Assembly: GCA_964202905.1 (NCBI GenBank)
Contig: CAXNJO010000009.1
Coordinates: 128,001-192,000 of the forward strand
DNA length: 64,000 nucleotides
Origin: Polyangiales bacterium
Lineage (GTDB): Bacteria > Myxococcota_A > Polyangia > Polyangiales > JADJQN01
Direction of reading: 5' to 3'
The notes beneath the pieces are model-generated. The model saw nothing but the letters and a program-made list of their open reading frames with translations. It did no database searches and was not told where the DNA came from. Below, one piece after another: positions 52,774 through 62,162 of this stretch. A program made the translations under genes and the position numbers. Within the stretch, counting starts at the first letter, position 1. Each line of letters begins with the position of its first letter.

Positions 52774-53697
52774 ATGTCCCTCGAAGACAAGGTCGTCATC
52801 ACCTGCGCGCTGAGCGGCGTGCTCGCGAACCGCAAGCAGTGTCCCGGCATCCCGTACACGCCCGTGGAAATCGCGGAGGAGGCGCGGCGCGCCTGGGATG
52901 CCGGCGCCTCCGTCGTGCACATCCACGCGCGCAACGACGATGGCTCGCCCACCTTCTCGCCCGCCGTCTTCGCCGCCATCAAGGCCGAAATTCGCCAGCG
53001 CTGCCCGGTCATCCTGAACTTCTCGACCGGCACGATGATCGACGACGTCAGCGAACAGAGCACCTACGTCCGCGAGTCGCGCCCCGAGATCGCGGCGCTG
53101 AACATGGGCTCGATGAACTACTCCAAGTACTCGGAGAAGCGGAAGGAGTTCGTCTTCGACCTCATCTTCCCCAACCCGTACGCGAAGATCATCAAGCTCC
53201 TCGAGGCGATGAACGCCGCGGGCGTGAAGCCGGAGCTCGAGTGCTTCGACACGGGCTTCACCGCGGGCACCGCGCCGCTCATCGACATGGGCGTGCTCAA
53301 GCCGCCCTTCCAGTTCTCGTTCATCGTCGGTGTGCTCGGCGGCATCCCGCCGCACGTCGAGTCGCTGCAACTCCAGACGAAGCTGATGCCGGCGGGCGCG
53401 CAGTGGGAGGTCATCGGCATCTCGCACTCCCACTGGCGGATGATCGCGGCCGCGCTCGTGCTCGGCGGGAACATCCGCACGGGCCTCGAAGATCACCTCT
53501 ACCTGCCCAACAAGCAGATGGCGCGCAACAACGGCGAGATGACGGGGGTGGCCGCGCGCCTCACCCGCGACGTCGGGCGCGAGCCCGCGACGGTCGAGGA
53601 GGCCCGCGTGATCCTCGGGCTGGATCAGTTCGGCGCAGGCCGCGACGCCGCGACGGAGGCCGCGCGCCTGCACCCGGCACCGCAGGCCGAGGCCTGA
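52774..53697 (+). CDS. Beta-keto acid cleavage enzyme (BKACE/DUF849, Kce family)
   Basis: VITCALSG, PYTPVEIAEEA, VHIHAR, LNMGSMN, KPELECFD, IRTGLEDHLYL. GGAGG RBS. Confidence 0.93.
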   Translation: MSLEDKVVITCALSGVLANRKQCPGIPYTPVEIAEEARRAWDAGASVVHIHARNDDGSPTFSPAVFAAIKAEIRQRCPVILNFSTGTMIDDVSEQSTYVRESRPEIAALNMGSMNYSKYSEKRKEFVFDLIFPNPYAKIIKLLEAMNAAGVKPELECFDTGFTAGTAPLIDMGVLKPPFQFSFIVGVLGGIPPHVESLQLQTKLMPAGAQWEVIGISHSHWRMIAAALVLGGNIRTGLEDHLYLPNKQMARNNGEMTGVAARLTRDVGREPATVEEARVILGLDQFGAGRDAATEAARLHPAPQAEA

Positions 53698-53704
53698 GTC
53701 CGCG

Positions 53705-54481
53705 ATGCCGCCCGAGTTCCGCACGATCCGCTACGGCGTCGACGCACACATCGCCACGATCGCGATGAACCGCCCCGAGCGGAAGAACGCGATCGGCCCG
53801 GAGATGGCCAACGAGCTCGTGTGGGCGCTCGACGAGGCACGCGACGACGCCGACGTGCGCGTCGTCGTGCTCACCGGCGAGGGCGGCGTCTTCAGTGCGG
53901 GCGGCGACCTCGGCGGGATGAGCGCGGCCGGCGAGCCGCTCGCGATGAGGGGCGACTTCGCGGACCTGCTCGTGCGGCTCAGCGAGCTCGGCAAGCCGAC
54001 GATCGCGCGCGTGCCCGGCCCGGCGATGGGGGGCGGCTGTGGGCTCGTCGCGAGTTGCGCCTTCGCCGTGGCCTCAGAGAGCGCCGTCCTCGGGACGCCC
54101 GAGATCAAGCGCGGCTTGTTCCCCTTCATGATCCTCGCCCCGCTCTCGCGCGTCATGCGTCGCCGCGACCTGCTCGAGCTGATGCTCCTCGGCGAGCGGA
54201 TCTCCGCGCAGCGGGCGCTCGCGCTCGGGTTGCTGTCGCACGTGGTGCCCGACGCCCAGCTCGACGCGGCCGTCGCGGACCTCGCGCACCGACTCGCCGC
54301 GCAATCGCCGACCGCGATGCGGCTCGGCCTGCGCGCCTTCCAGACCCACGCGGAGGTGCCCCTCGCCGAGGCCGTGCCGAAGCTGCGCGACGAGCTCGCC
54401 GCGATCCTCGGGACGGCCGACGCTCAGGAGGGGCTGCGCGCGTTCCTCGAGAAGCGCGAGCCGCGCTGGACGGGCCGCTAG
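53705..54481 (+). CDS. Enoyl-CoA hydratase/isomerase (crotonase family)
   Basis: NRPERKNAI, FSAGGDL, AMGGGCGL, PEIKRGL, EGLRAFLEKREP. Confidence 0.93.
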   Translation: MPPEFRTIRYGVDAHIATIAMNRPERKNAIGPEMANELVWALDEARDDADVRVVVLTGEGGVFSAGGDLGGMSAAGEPLAMRGDFADLLVRLSELGKPTIARVPGPAMGGGCGLVASCAFAVASESAVLGTPEIKRGLFPFMILAPLSRVMRRRDLLELMLLGERISAQRALALGLLSHVVPDAQLDAAVADLAHRLAAQSPTAMRLGLRAFQTHAEVPLAEAVPKLRDELAAILGTADAQEGLRAFLEKREPRWTGR

Positions 54482-54573
54482 GGCCGCCGTCGCCCGCGTC
54501 CACCGAGATCCGCGCCCGCCTGCGCAGAGGCGTCCGGCGCCCGCCCGCGGCGCCGCCTCCGACGTGATCGGCG

Positions 54574-56544
54574 CTACCCGCGCGCGCGCGCCGTCGCACG
54601 ACGCGTGCGTCGCCGAGCGAGCCCGACGAGCAGCAGCGCGAGCAGCGAGAGCGCGCCCCCGCGGTGCGCGCGGGGCGCGCCGACGCTGCAGCCGCCGTCG
54701 TCGTCCACGGTCGGCGCGGCTGCCGGCGCCCGACACGTGGCGTCGAGGCCGTCCGCGGTGCGCCGACAGAGCAGGCCCGCAGGGCAGGCGACGCCACCGA
54801 GGCACGACTCCGTGCAGCGCCCCTCGAAGCACCCGCCGACGGCGCAGTCCGCGTTGGTCGCGCAGGCCTCGCCGTAGAACGACGCCGCGGGCGCGCAGAG
54901 GCGCGCGCCGGCGTCGACGCACGCGAAGCCTGCGGGACAATCGGTGTCGGCCGTGCAGAGCGCCGCACACCAGCTCGTCGCGCCACGCGTCGCGCAGAAG
55001 CCGGTGCTCGCGCAGTCCTCGTTGCGCGTACAAGCACCGCCGACGGGAGACCGGTCGCCGCGCGCGCAGCGCTCGCCCACGCAGTGGAAGCCGGGGCCGC
55101 ACGCCGCGTCGTCCCCGCTGCAGGCGCGCGTGCAGGACGGCTCGGCCGCGGTCGTCGCGCAGAGCGCGCTGCCGCACTCCGCGTCCGCCGTGCAGGGCTC
55201 GCCGAGGCCCCGCGCGCCACTCACGAGTCCCGCAGGGAAGCACGCTCCGCAGCCGCCCGGCGCTGCCGTGCAGACCTCGCCGATCGGGCAGCTCCCCGCG
55301 TCGCCCACGCAGGCGTCGAGACAGCGCGCGACGCCGTCACCCGGGTCGGCGCAGCTGAGGGAGGCGCAGTCGGTGGCCGCACGGCAGGCTGCGCCGTTCG
55401 CGAGCGCGCCGCGCACCGCGGGCTGGCAGAGCCCTTGACAGGCCGCGCCCACCACGCACGAGGCGCCTTCCCAGCGCGTGCTCCCGTCGTCGTAAGGGTG
55501 ATCGATCGCTGCGCAAGAATCTGCGCCGGGCGCGCAGGGCCGCGTGCAGATGCGGCCCGCCGTCGTCTCGGCGCAGACCGAGGCGTTCGTCAGCGGGGCG
55601 AGATAGCCGGGGAGCTGCCCAAACGCGCACTCGGCGTCCTCGGCGCACGGCGCGCCGAGCGGCGTGCACGTCTCGTCGATCTCGCCGTCGCAGTCGTTGT
55701 CGAGGCTGTCGCAGCGCTCCTCGCCGAGATCGACGCAGTCGCCGGCCTCGATGATCGCGCGGTCGATGAGATCCATCTCGACGTCGACGCGGTTGTGCCC
55801 GTCCTGCGGGCTCGGGCAGGATCCGATCGCGCCGAACGAGGCGACGCCGATGACGCGGCGCTCCGGCGTCTCCTGAATCATCGGCCCGCCGGAGTCGCCG
55901 GGGCAGATGGTCTCCGCCGAATAGATGACCCGACCGCGAACGGCGCCGATCGTGCTCGTGGTCTTGTACTTCACCCCCGACTCGCCCGCCGGCGTCTGCC
56001 CGAAGCCGATCGCGGTGTACGGCAGGCCGATCTGGTCGGTCGGCGCGTCGCGGCGAACCGGGATGGGCGTGACGCTCGTCTGCGGCGTCGCGAGCACGAG
56101 GACCGCGATGTCGACGCCGACGAGCGCGCCCCCGAGCCCCGTGGTCGGCGAGGTGGTGTAGACGCCGGGCGTCGTGTAGACGCGCGTGACACGCACGTCG
56201 CGCGTCGCGCCTGCGCGGCTGCCGAAGCCGATGGTGATCACCCCTGGCGAGTAGGGACGTGCGGCGTCGTCGGCCTGCACGCAATGCTTCGCAGTGAGAA
56301 CGACGCGCGGCGTGATCAGCGTCCCCGTGCACCGCCCAACGCCGCCGTAAATGCTGACGAGCACGACGGCGTCTTCACCCGTCTCACGCGTGCCGTTCAC
56401 GATCGGGCTCGCGATACGTGCCCCGTCACCAACGTCCGCCGACGGCGCGGCGCAGGAGGCCGCGGCGAGGGACAGCGCCAGCAGGAGTGCGGGGCGAAGA
56501 GCGACGCGGGCGCCCGCAACGAAGCGAACGGGAAAGCAGTCCAT
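54574..56544 (-). CDS. Trypsin-like (S1) serine protease with Cys-rich repeats and a MYXO-CTERM-like tail
   Basis: IVNG, LTAKHC, DIAVL, GDSGGP; C-x4-D/EC repeats; DDGGCSV..LLALLLVGLARRR. Confidence 0.9.
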   Translation of the reverse strand: MDCFPVRFVAGARVALRPALLLALSLAAASCAAPSADVGDGARIASPIVNGTRETGEDAVVLVSIYGGVGRCTGTLITPRVVLTAKHCVQADDAARPYSPGVITIGFGSRAGATRDVRVTRVYTTPGVYTTSPTTGLGGALVGVDIAVLVLATPQTSVTPIPVRRDAPTDQIGLPYTAIGFGQTPAGESGVKYKTTSTIGAVRGRVIYSAETICPGDSGGPMIQETPERRVIGVASFGAIGSCPSPQDGHNRVDVEMDLIDRAIIEAGDCVDLGEERCDSLDNDCDGEIDETCTPLGAPCAEDAECAFGQLPGYLAPLTNASVCAETTAGRICTRPCAPGADSCAAIDHPYDDGSTRWEGASCVVGAACQGLCQPAVRGALANGAACRAATDCASLSCADPGDGVARCLDACVGDAGSCPIGEVCTAAPGGCGACFPAGLVSGARGLGEPCTADAECGSALCATTAAEPSCTRACSGDDAACGPGFHCVGERCARGDRSPVGGACTRNEDCASTGFCATRGATSWCAALCTADTDCPAGFACVDAGARLCAPAASFYGEACATNADCAVGGCFEGRCTESCLGGVACPAGLLCRRTADGLDATCRAPAAAPTVDDDGGCSVGAPRAHRGGALSLLALLLVGLARRRTRRATARARG

Positions 56545-56630
56545 GGAGCGCGAGTATCGGGGCACGGCGCGCCCGCGTCCACTCCGGCCGATCCGTGTTG
56601 CGCGCGAGACGCCGCGCGCCGACCAGGCCC

Positions 56631-58397
56631 TCAGAGGGACGTGATCCGCAACTCCACGGCGTCCCCGCCGCGCCAGGTGTCCGGTCGGAGCGTCCCGACG
56701 AGGTCGAGCGTCCCGCGCGCCTCGCCGATCCGCGCACCGAGCTCGAAGCCGAAGGCCGTCAGCGGCGCCCCACCGCAGCGCAATGCCAACTTGAGATGGC
56801 GGGCAGCGACCACGGTCGCACGCTCGACGCGCACCCCCGGCAACGCGAAGCGCGGCTCTTCGTTGCCGGCACCGAGCGGCTCGAGACGCGCGAGCTCGCG
56901 GGCGGGCGGGAGCGTGAAGGTGCCCCCATCGAGGACGACGTCGATGGGGTTCTCGGTCCGCGTCGCGCCGTGCACCGCGGCGAGCCCGCGCACCGCGTCG
57001 TCGAAGCCGGCGCGCAGCGCCTCGATGCGCTCGGCGCGCACCGTGAGACCCGCCGCGGCCTGGTGCCCCCCGAACCGGACGAGCGAGGCCGCGCATGCGC
57101 TCACCGCATCGAACAAGCGGAAGCCCTCCGGCGCACGGCAGCTGCCATGACCGACGCCCTCGTCGACGCCGACGACGACGACGGGCACGTCGAAGCGGTC
57201 GACGAGCCGCGCGGCTGTGATCCCCACGACGCCCCGGTGCCACCCCTCGGCCGCCACCACGATGCCAGCCGACGGGCGTTCCCCGTAGACCTCGAGCACC
57301 TGCGCGATGGCCGCCTCGGTGACAGCGCGCTCGACGTCTTTCCGGCGCTCGTTCAGGGCGTCGATCTCCGCAGCGAGCGCACGGGCGCGTGCCGGGTCGC
57401 GCGCGCGCAGCAGAGAAAGTGTGATGGTCGGGTCACCGAGCCGCCCCGCGGCATTGAGGCGCGGCGCGAGCCGGAAGGCGACGTCGATCGCCCCGAGCGA
57501 GACCCCGGGCCGCAGCCGCGCGACCTCCCGGAGCGCCTGCACGCCGGGACGCGCATCCGCGGACGCGAGCTGCGCGAGCCCCGCGCGAACGAGACGGCGG
57601 TTGTCCCCGTCGAGGGGCGCGACGTCGGCGATCGTGCCGAGCGCGACGAGGTCGAGCCAGGGGCGCAGGTCGAGGGTGCGGCCAAGCGCGCTCCGGACGG
57701 CGGCGCCGAGCGAGAGCGCGAGTCCCGCGCTCGTCAGGTGCTTGTAGGCGAAGCCGCACTCGGGGCGCTGCGGGTTCAGGAAGGCGAGCGCCGGCAGCGG
57801 CTCCGCAGGGACGAGGTGATGATCGACCACGATGACGTCGAGGCCATGCGCGCGCGCCGCCGCGATCCGCGGGTGGTCGCTCGAGCCGCAGTCGCACGTC
57901 ACCAGCAGGCGCGCGCCGGTGTCACGAACGCGCGCGAGCGCCTCGTCGGAAAAGCCGTATCCCCCCGAAAATCGGCTCGCGACGAGCGCCACGACGTCGC
58001 CACCGAGTGCCTCGAGGACATCCGCGAGGAGCGCGGCGCTCGTCGTCCCGTCCACGTCGTAGTCGCCGAAGACGGCGATCCGCTCCCGCGCGCGCACCGC
58101 CCGAGCGAGCCGGTCGGCCGCCTCTGCGCGGTCGCGCATCGCATCGGGCGGCGTGAGCTCCGCGAGGCGCGGATCCAAGAAGGCACGCGCGCGCGCGTGT
58201 TGCTGGCCGTCGCGGTCGTCCGCGAAGCCCCGGTGCAACAGCACCTGCGCGATCGTGGCAGAGACCCCGATGGCGCGCCCCAACTCGCCGGCCGCCAGGG
58301 GATCCGCCGGACGAATCGGGTCTGCGGCCGGCACCTTCCGGCTGGGGCCGCCAGCACCCGCGGAAGGCCCCGCGTCGGATGACGGCACGTCGCTCAC
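56631..58397 (-). CDS. recJ: ssDNA-specific exonuclease RecJ
   Basis: GDYDVDG, GYG, TCDCG, DHH, GTIADVAPL..DNR, PRLNAAGR, GSCR, FGGHQAAAG. Confidence 0.97.
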   Translation of the reverse strand: MSDVPSSDAGPSAGAGGPSRKVPAADPIRPADPLAAGELGRAIGVSATIAQVLLHRGFADDRDGQQHARARAFLDPRLAELTPPDAMRDRAEAADRLARAVRARERIAVFGDYDVDGTTSAALLADVLEALGGDVVALVASRFSGGYGFSDEALARVRDTGARLLVTCDCGSSDHPRIAAARAHGLDVIVVDHHLVPAEPLPALAFLNPQRPECGFAYKHLTSAGLALSLGAAVRSALGRTLDLRPWLDLVALGTIADVAPLDGDNRRLVRAGLAQLASADARPGVQALREVARLRPGVSLGAIDVAFRLAPRLNAAGRLGDPTITLSLLRARDPARARALAAEIDALNERRKDVERAVTEAAIAQVLEVYGERPSAGIVVAAEGWHRGVVGITAARLVDRFDVPVVVVGVDEGVGHGSCRAPEGFRLFDAVSACAASLVRFGGHQAAAGLTVRAERIEALRAGFDDAVRGLAAVHGATRTENPIDVVLDGGTFTLPPARELARLEPLGAGNEEPRFALPGVRVERATVVAARHLKLALRCGGAPLTAFGFELGARIGEARGTLDLVGTLRPDTWRGGDAVELRITSL

Positions 58398-58413
58398 GGC
58401 GGTGCCGTCGTGC

Positions 58414-59604
58414 TCACGCCTTGCGCGGGGCGCCGACGCCGGACGCGCGACCGACAGGCTTGTCGGCCGGGGCGCGGAAGTAGTGGCGGTCGAGCCACTC
58501 GGTCATCGGGGCCGCGACGTAGATCGACGAGTACGTCCCGATGAAGATGCCGATGATCATGGTCAGCGCGAAGTCGCGGATGACCGGCGTGCCCCAGATG
58601 AGGAAGCCCGTCACGGAGATCACGGTGGTGAGCGAGGTCAGGACCGTGCGCGAGAGCGTCTGCGAGGTGCTGACGTTGATGATCTCGATCATCGATTTGC
58701 CGCGGAGCCGACCGAGATTCTCACGCACGCGGTCGTAGACGACGATGGTGTCGTTGACCGAGTAGCCGACGATGGTGAGCAGCGCCGCAACCGACGTCAG
58801 CGTGAACTCCCGGCGGAGCAGCACGAGCAGGCCGGCCGTGATCACGACGTCGTGGACCATCGCGAAGACCGCGCCCGGCGCGAAGCGCAGGTCGAAGCGG
58901 AAGGCGATGTAGACCATGATGAGCGCCATCGCGAAGAGCAGCGACTTGATGCCCGAGTCGCGCAGCTGCGCGCCGGCCTTCGGGCCGACCCACTCGACGC
59001 GCAGCGGGGCCTCAGGAGCACGCTCGCCGAGCGTGTCGTGGAGACCGCGCACGATGTCGTCAGCGAGGCCGATGAGCGCGCACTCGTAGCGGTTGTCGTC
59101 TTGCGCGCCGAAGCGGACGCAGCCGTTTTCGCGGACGCGGACGCCCGCCTCGACGAGCACGGTGCGAATCGCCTCGGGGCTCGCGCTGTCCGAGAGGCGC
59201 AGCGCGATCTTGTCGCCGCCGGGGGAGAACTTCGTCTCCTTGACCCCGGCCGCGCTGCCGTCGATGCCACGGCGCAGGCGCGCGCGGACGCGCTCCTTGT
59301 CGGCCCCGCTCAGTGCGGAGACCTCGCTCACGCGCACGATGTACTCGTTGGCGCGGCCCTCGACACTCACGACCTCGGTGCCCGGGTGCCCGAGCGTCGT
59401 CATCGTCTGACGCAACTCTGTGGCCGTCACCGAGCCCGTGAAGGCGAGCTGAATCTCGGTACCGCCCTTGAAGTCGAGGCCCCAGTTCGGTCCGGGAAAG
59501 AAATAAAGCCCGATGGCGGCCACGAACGAGACCAGCGACAGGGTCACGTTGAAGCGCCGGAGGCGCATGAAGTCGAAGTACAGAGTTGGCTTGAAGAACT
59601 CCAT
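58414..59604 (-). CDS. secF: Protein translocase subunit SecF
   Basis: GLDFKGG, VGP, YIAFRF, HDV, GYSVNDTIVVYDRVRE, SRT..TS, GTYSSIY. Confidence 0.97.
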   Translation of the reverse strand: MEFFKPTLYFDFMRLRRFNVTLSLVSFVAAIGLYFFPGPNWGLDFKGGTEIQLAFTGSVTATELRQTMTTLGHPGTEVVSVEGRANEYIVRVSEVSALSGADKERVRARLRRGIDGSAAGVKETKFSPGGDKIALRLSDSASPEAIRTVLVEAGVRVRENGCVRFGAQDDNRYECALIGLADDIVRGLHDTLGERAPEAPLRVEWVGPKAGAQLRDSGIKSLLFAMALIMVYIAFRFDLRFAPGAVFAMVHDVVITAGLLVLLRREFTLTSVAALLTIVGYSVNDTIVVYDRVRENLGRLRGKSMIEIINVSTSQTLSRTVLTSLTTVISVTGFLIWGTPVIRDFALTMIIGIFIGTYSSIYVAAPMTEWLDRHYFRAPADKPVGRASGVGAPRKA

Positions 59605-59608
59605 CGTC

Positions 59609-61460
59609 TCACCCGATCCGGAGGTTCTGGACGCGGAGGCCGCGAACGAGCCAGTCGAAGGCAATGCGCGAGCAGAAGACGCCCGTGAAGATCGAGATGA
59701 GGACGCCGATCCCGAGGGTCACCGCGAAGCCCTTGATGGGCCCCGTGCCGTACTGGAAGAGCACGATGGCCGAGAGCATCGTGGTGAACTGGCCGTCGAA
59801 GATGGCCTGGAACGCGCGGCTGAAGCCCTGCTCGACGGCCGAGCGCGGTGATTTGCCGGCGCGGAGCTCCTCGCGGATGCGCTCGTTGATGAGCACGTTC
59901 GCGTCGACCGACATGCCGACCGTGAGCGCGATGCCCGCCACGCCCGGGCAGCGTCAGCGTGCCCTCGAAGAAGGCGAGGGTCGCGAGCAGGAAGAGCACG
60001 TTCGCGGTGACCATCACGTCGGCGATGACGCCGCCGAGCTGGTAGTAGAGCGCCATGAAGATCGCGACGAGGATGACGCTCGCGAGGCCGCCCCAGCCCG
60101 CCTGAGTGATCGCGTCACGCCCGAGCGTGGGGCCGATGAGCTGCTCGTTGCTCGGGCGGATGGGCGCAGGCAGCGCGCCCGCCTTGAGGACGACGACGAG
60201 GTCGCGCGCCTCGTTCATCACCGAGTTGTAGTCGCGCATCCCGCCGAGGGTGATCTGCGCGCGGCCGCCGCCGATGCGTGTCTGGATGACGGGCGCCGAC
60301 TCGACGCGGTCGTCGAGGACGATGGCGAAGCGGCGCTTCACGTTTTGCCCGGTGAGACGCTCGAACACATCCGCGCCGGCGTTGCCGGGCTTGAACTGAA
60401 GCGAGACGTAGGGCTTCTGCGTCTGCGGGTCATTCGCGACGAAGGCGTCGTCGATCATCTCGCCGCTCACGTCCGCGCGGCTGTAGAGAAAGTACGTTCG
60501 CCAGGCTTCGGTCGTCGCAGCGGCGCGGTTGCGGTTCTTGGCGGAGCGCGTGTCCTCGCGCTCGAGCTTGCCGACGGCGAGCGTGCGCCCCTCGGGGAAG
60601 CCGGGCGCGGCCTCGAGCGTCGCGACGTAGTCCGCGAGTTTCTCGCGCGCGCCGTCGCCCTCCGCCACGAGGTATTGCACCACGACCGAGGGCCGCGACG
60701 CGCCAGCGGAGACCTGCTCGCTGCTGCGCGTGATGCCCTCGGGGAGGTCGCTGAGGCCGGAGACGTACTCGGAATCGTCGTCGACGATCTTGAACTCGAG
60801 ACGCGCCGTCTGACTGACGATCGCGCGGATGCGGTTGAACGCGGCCTCGTCCGCACCCGGGATCTCGATGATGATGTCGTTGTCGCGCGAGGTGATGCTC
60901 GTCTCGCGGAGACCGAGCTCGTCGATGCGGTTGGAGACGGTCTGCTTCGCCTGTTCGACGGCGAGGTCGCGGATGTTCTCGAGACGATCCGCGCGGAGCT
61001 CGAGGGTCACGACGCTCCCATCGCGGCTGGTCTCGCGCACGTCGGCGAGGCGCTCGACGAGGGCCACGTCGAGCTTGGCGGCGTCCGCGGCGGCGACGAA
61101 GGTGGCCGTGAGCGCGCGGTCGCCGGTGCTGCGGACGGTGACTTTCTGCCGGAGTTGGTCGCGCTGCTCACGCGTGATCGGGTCGTCCTCCGAGCAGACG
61201 CCGAGCGCGCGACAGAGCTCGTCGGAGAGCTGGTCGGCGCGGCGATCACGGATGTCGCGGATCGCCTCCTCGACCTCGACCTCGTACGCGAGGCGGAGAC
61301 CGCCGCGGATGTCGAGTCCGGGCGCGATGCGCCCGGCGAAGGTCTTCTTCACCCAGCGGGGCGCCGGGACCCACGTGTCGAGGCTCGGCCACAGCGCGAG
61401 TGTCGCGACGACGAGGAGGGACGCGAAGAAACCGAACCGGATGTACCAACCCCTGTCCAT
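59609..61460 (-). CDS. secD: Protein translocase subunit SecD, +1 frameshift near 59945
   Basis: GLDIRGG, RIDELG, AGALPAP, IGPTLG; TLTLPG/VAGIALTVGMSVDANVLINERIREE is restored by removing one G. Confidence 0.95.
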
Positions 61461-61529
61461 GCTTGTCCTTGCGGGGAAAACGACCTCTGGAGGGAACGCG
61501 CGGTCGTGGAGTTCTGGTCGCGGGCGACG

Positions 61530-61955
61530 TCAGCCGTTCTTGGACTTGTCGGCCTTGTCGTCGGCTGCGGGCTTGTCCTTCGACGCCGGCGACGCCGCGG
61601 GGGCGTCGTGGCCGGCGATGTGCGTGCGGAGCACGTTGATCTTCACGCGGTCGGCCACGATGAGGTTCGCGTCGTGGTCGGTCAGTTCCGCGATCTCGCC
61701 GCGGATGCCGCCGGAGGTACGCACCTTGTCGCCGCGCTTGAGGCTCTTGAGCATCGTGTCGACTTCGCGCTGCCGCTTCTGCTGCGGACGGATCAGCAGG
61801 AAGTAGAACACCGCGAACATCACCGGCAGCAGGAACAGCTGGGACGAACCGCCCAAGCAGCCGCCGGGGCCCGCGGGCCCAGCGTCGCCTCCGCCGGTGG
61901 CGCCGGTGGCTTCGGGCTGGAACCAGGTGAGAAGCTCGACGATCGTCAGCAGCAC
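61530..61955 (-). CDS. yajC: Preprotein translocase subunit YajC
   Basis: FYFLLIRPQQKRQRE..LKRGDKVRTSGGIRG; upstream of secD; GAGG RBS before GTG 61955. Confidence 0.95.
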   Translation of the reverse strand: MLLTIVELLTWFQPEATGATGGGDAGPAGPGGCLGGSSQLFLLPVMFAVFYFLLIRPQQKRQREVDTMLKSLKRGDKVRTSGGIRGEIAELTDHDANLIVADRVKINVLRTHIAGHDAPAASPASKDKPAADDKADKSKNG

Positions 61956-62162
61956 GGGGGGTCCTCTCGGAGCGGGGCACGCCTGCAGGAGCGCCGTCGA
62001 CACGGCGCCCCCGACCGACTCTGCGACGCGCGGTGGCGCCCTCACGGGGCCAGGCACGGACGGAGAGCGCCCACGTGGGCGGCAGGGCGCGCGGTTCTAC
62101 TCCGAAGGCCCTACCCCGTCAACCGCGGGAGCCGGCGTCGGCATTGCCTGCGGCTGCCCAGC

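Noticed and set aside
59930..59960. Programmed frameshift or split secD
   Set aside because: No slippery heptamer; a single extra G in a homopolymer inside a conserved motif is best explained as a sequencing error.
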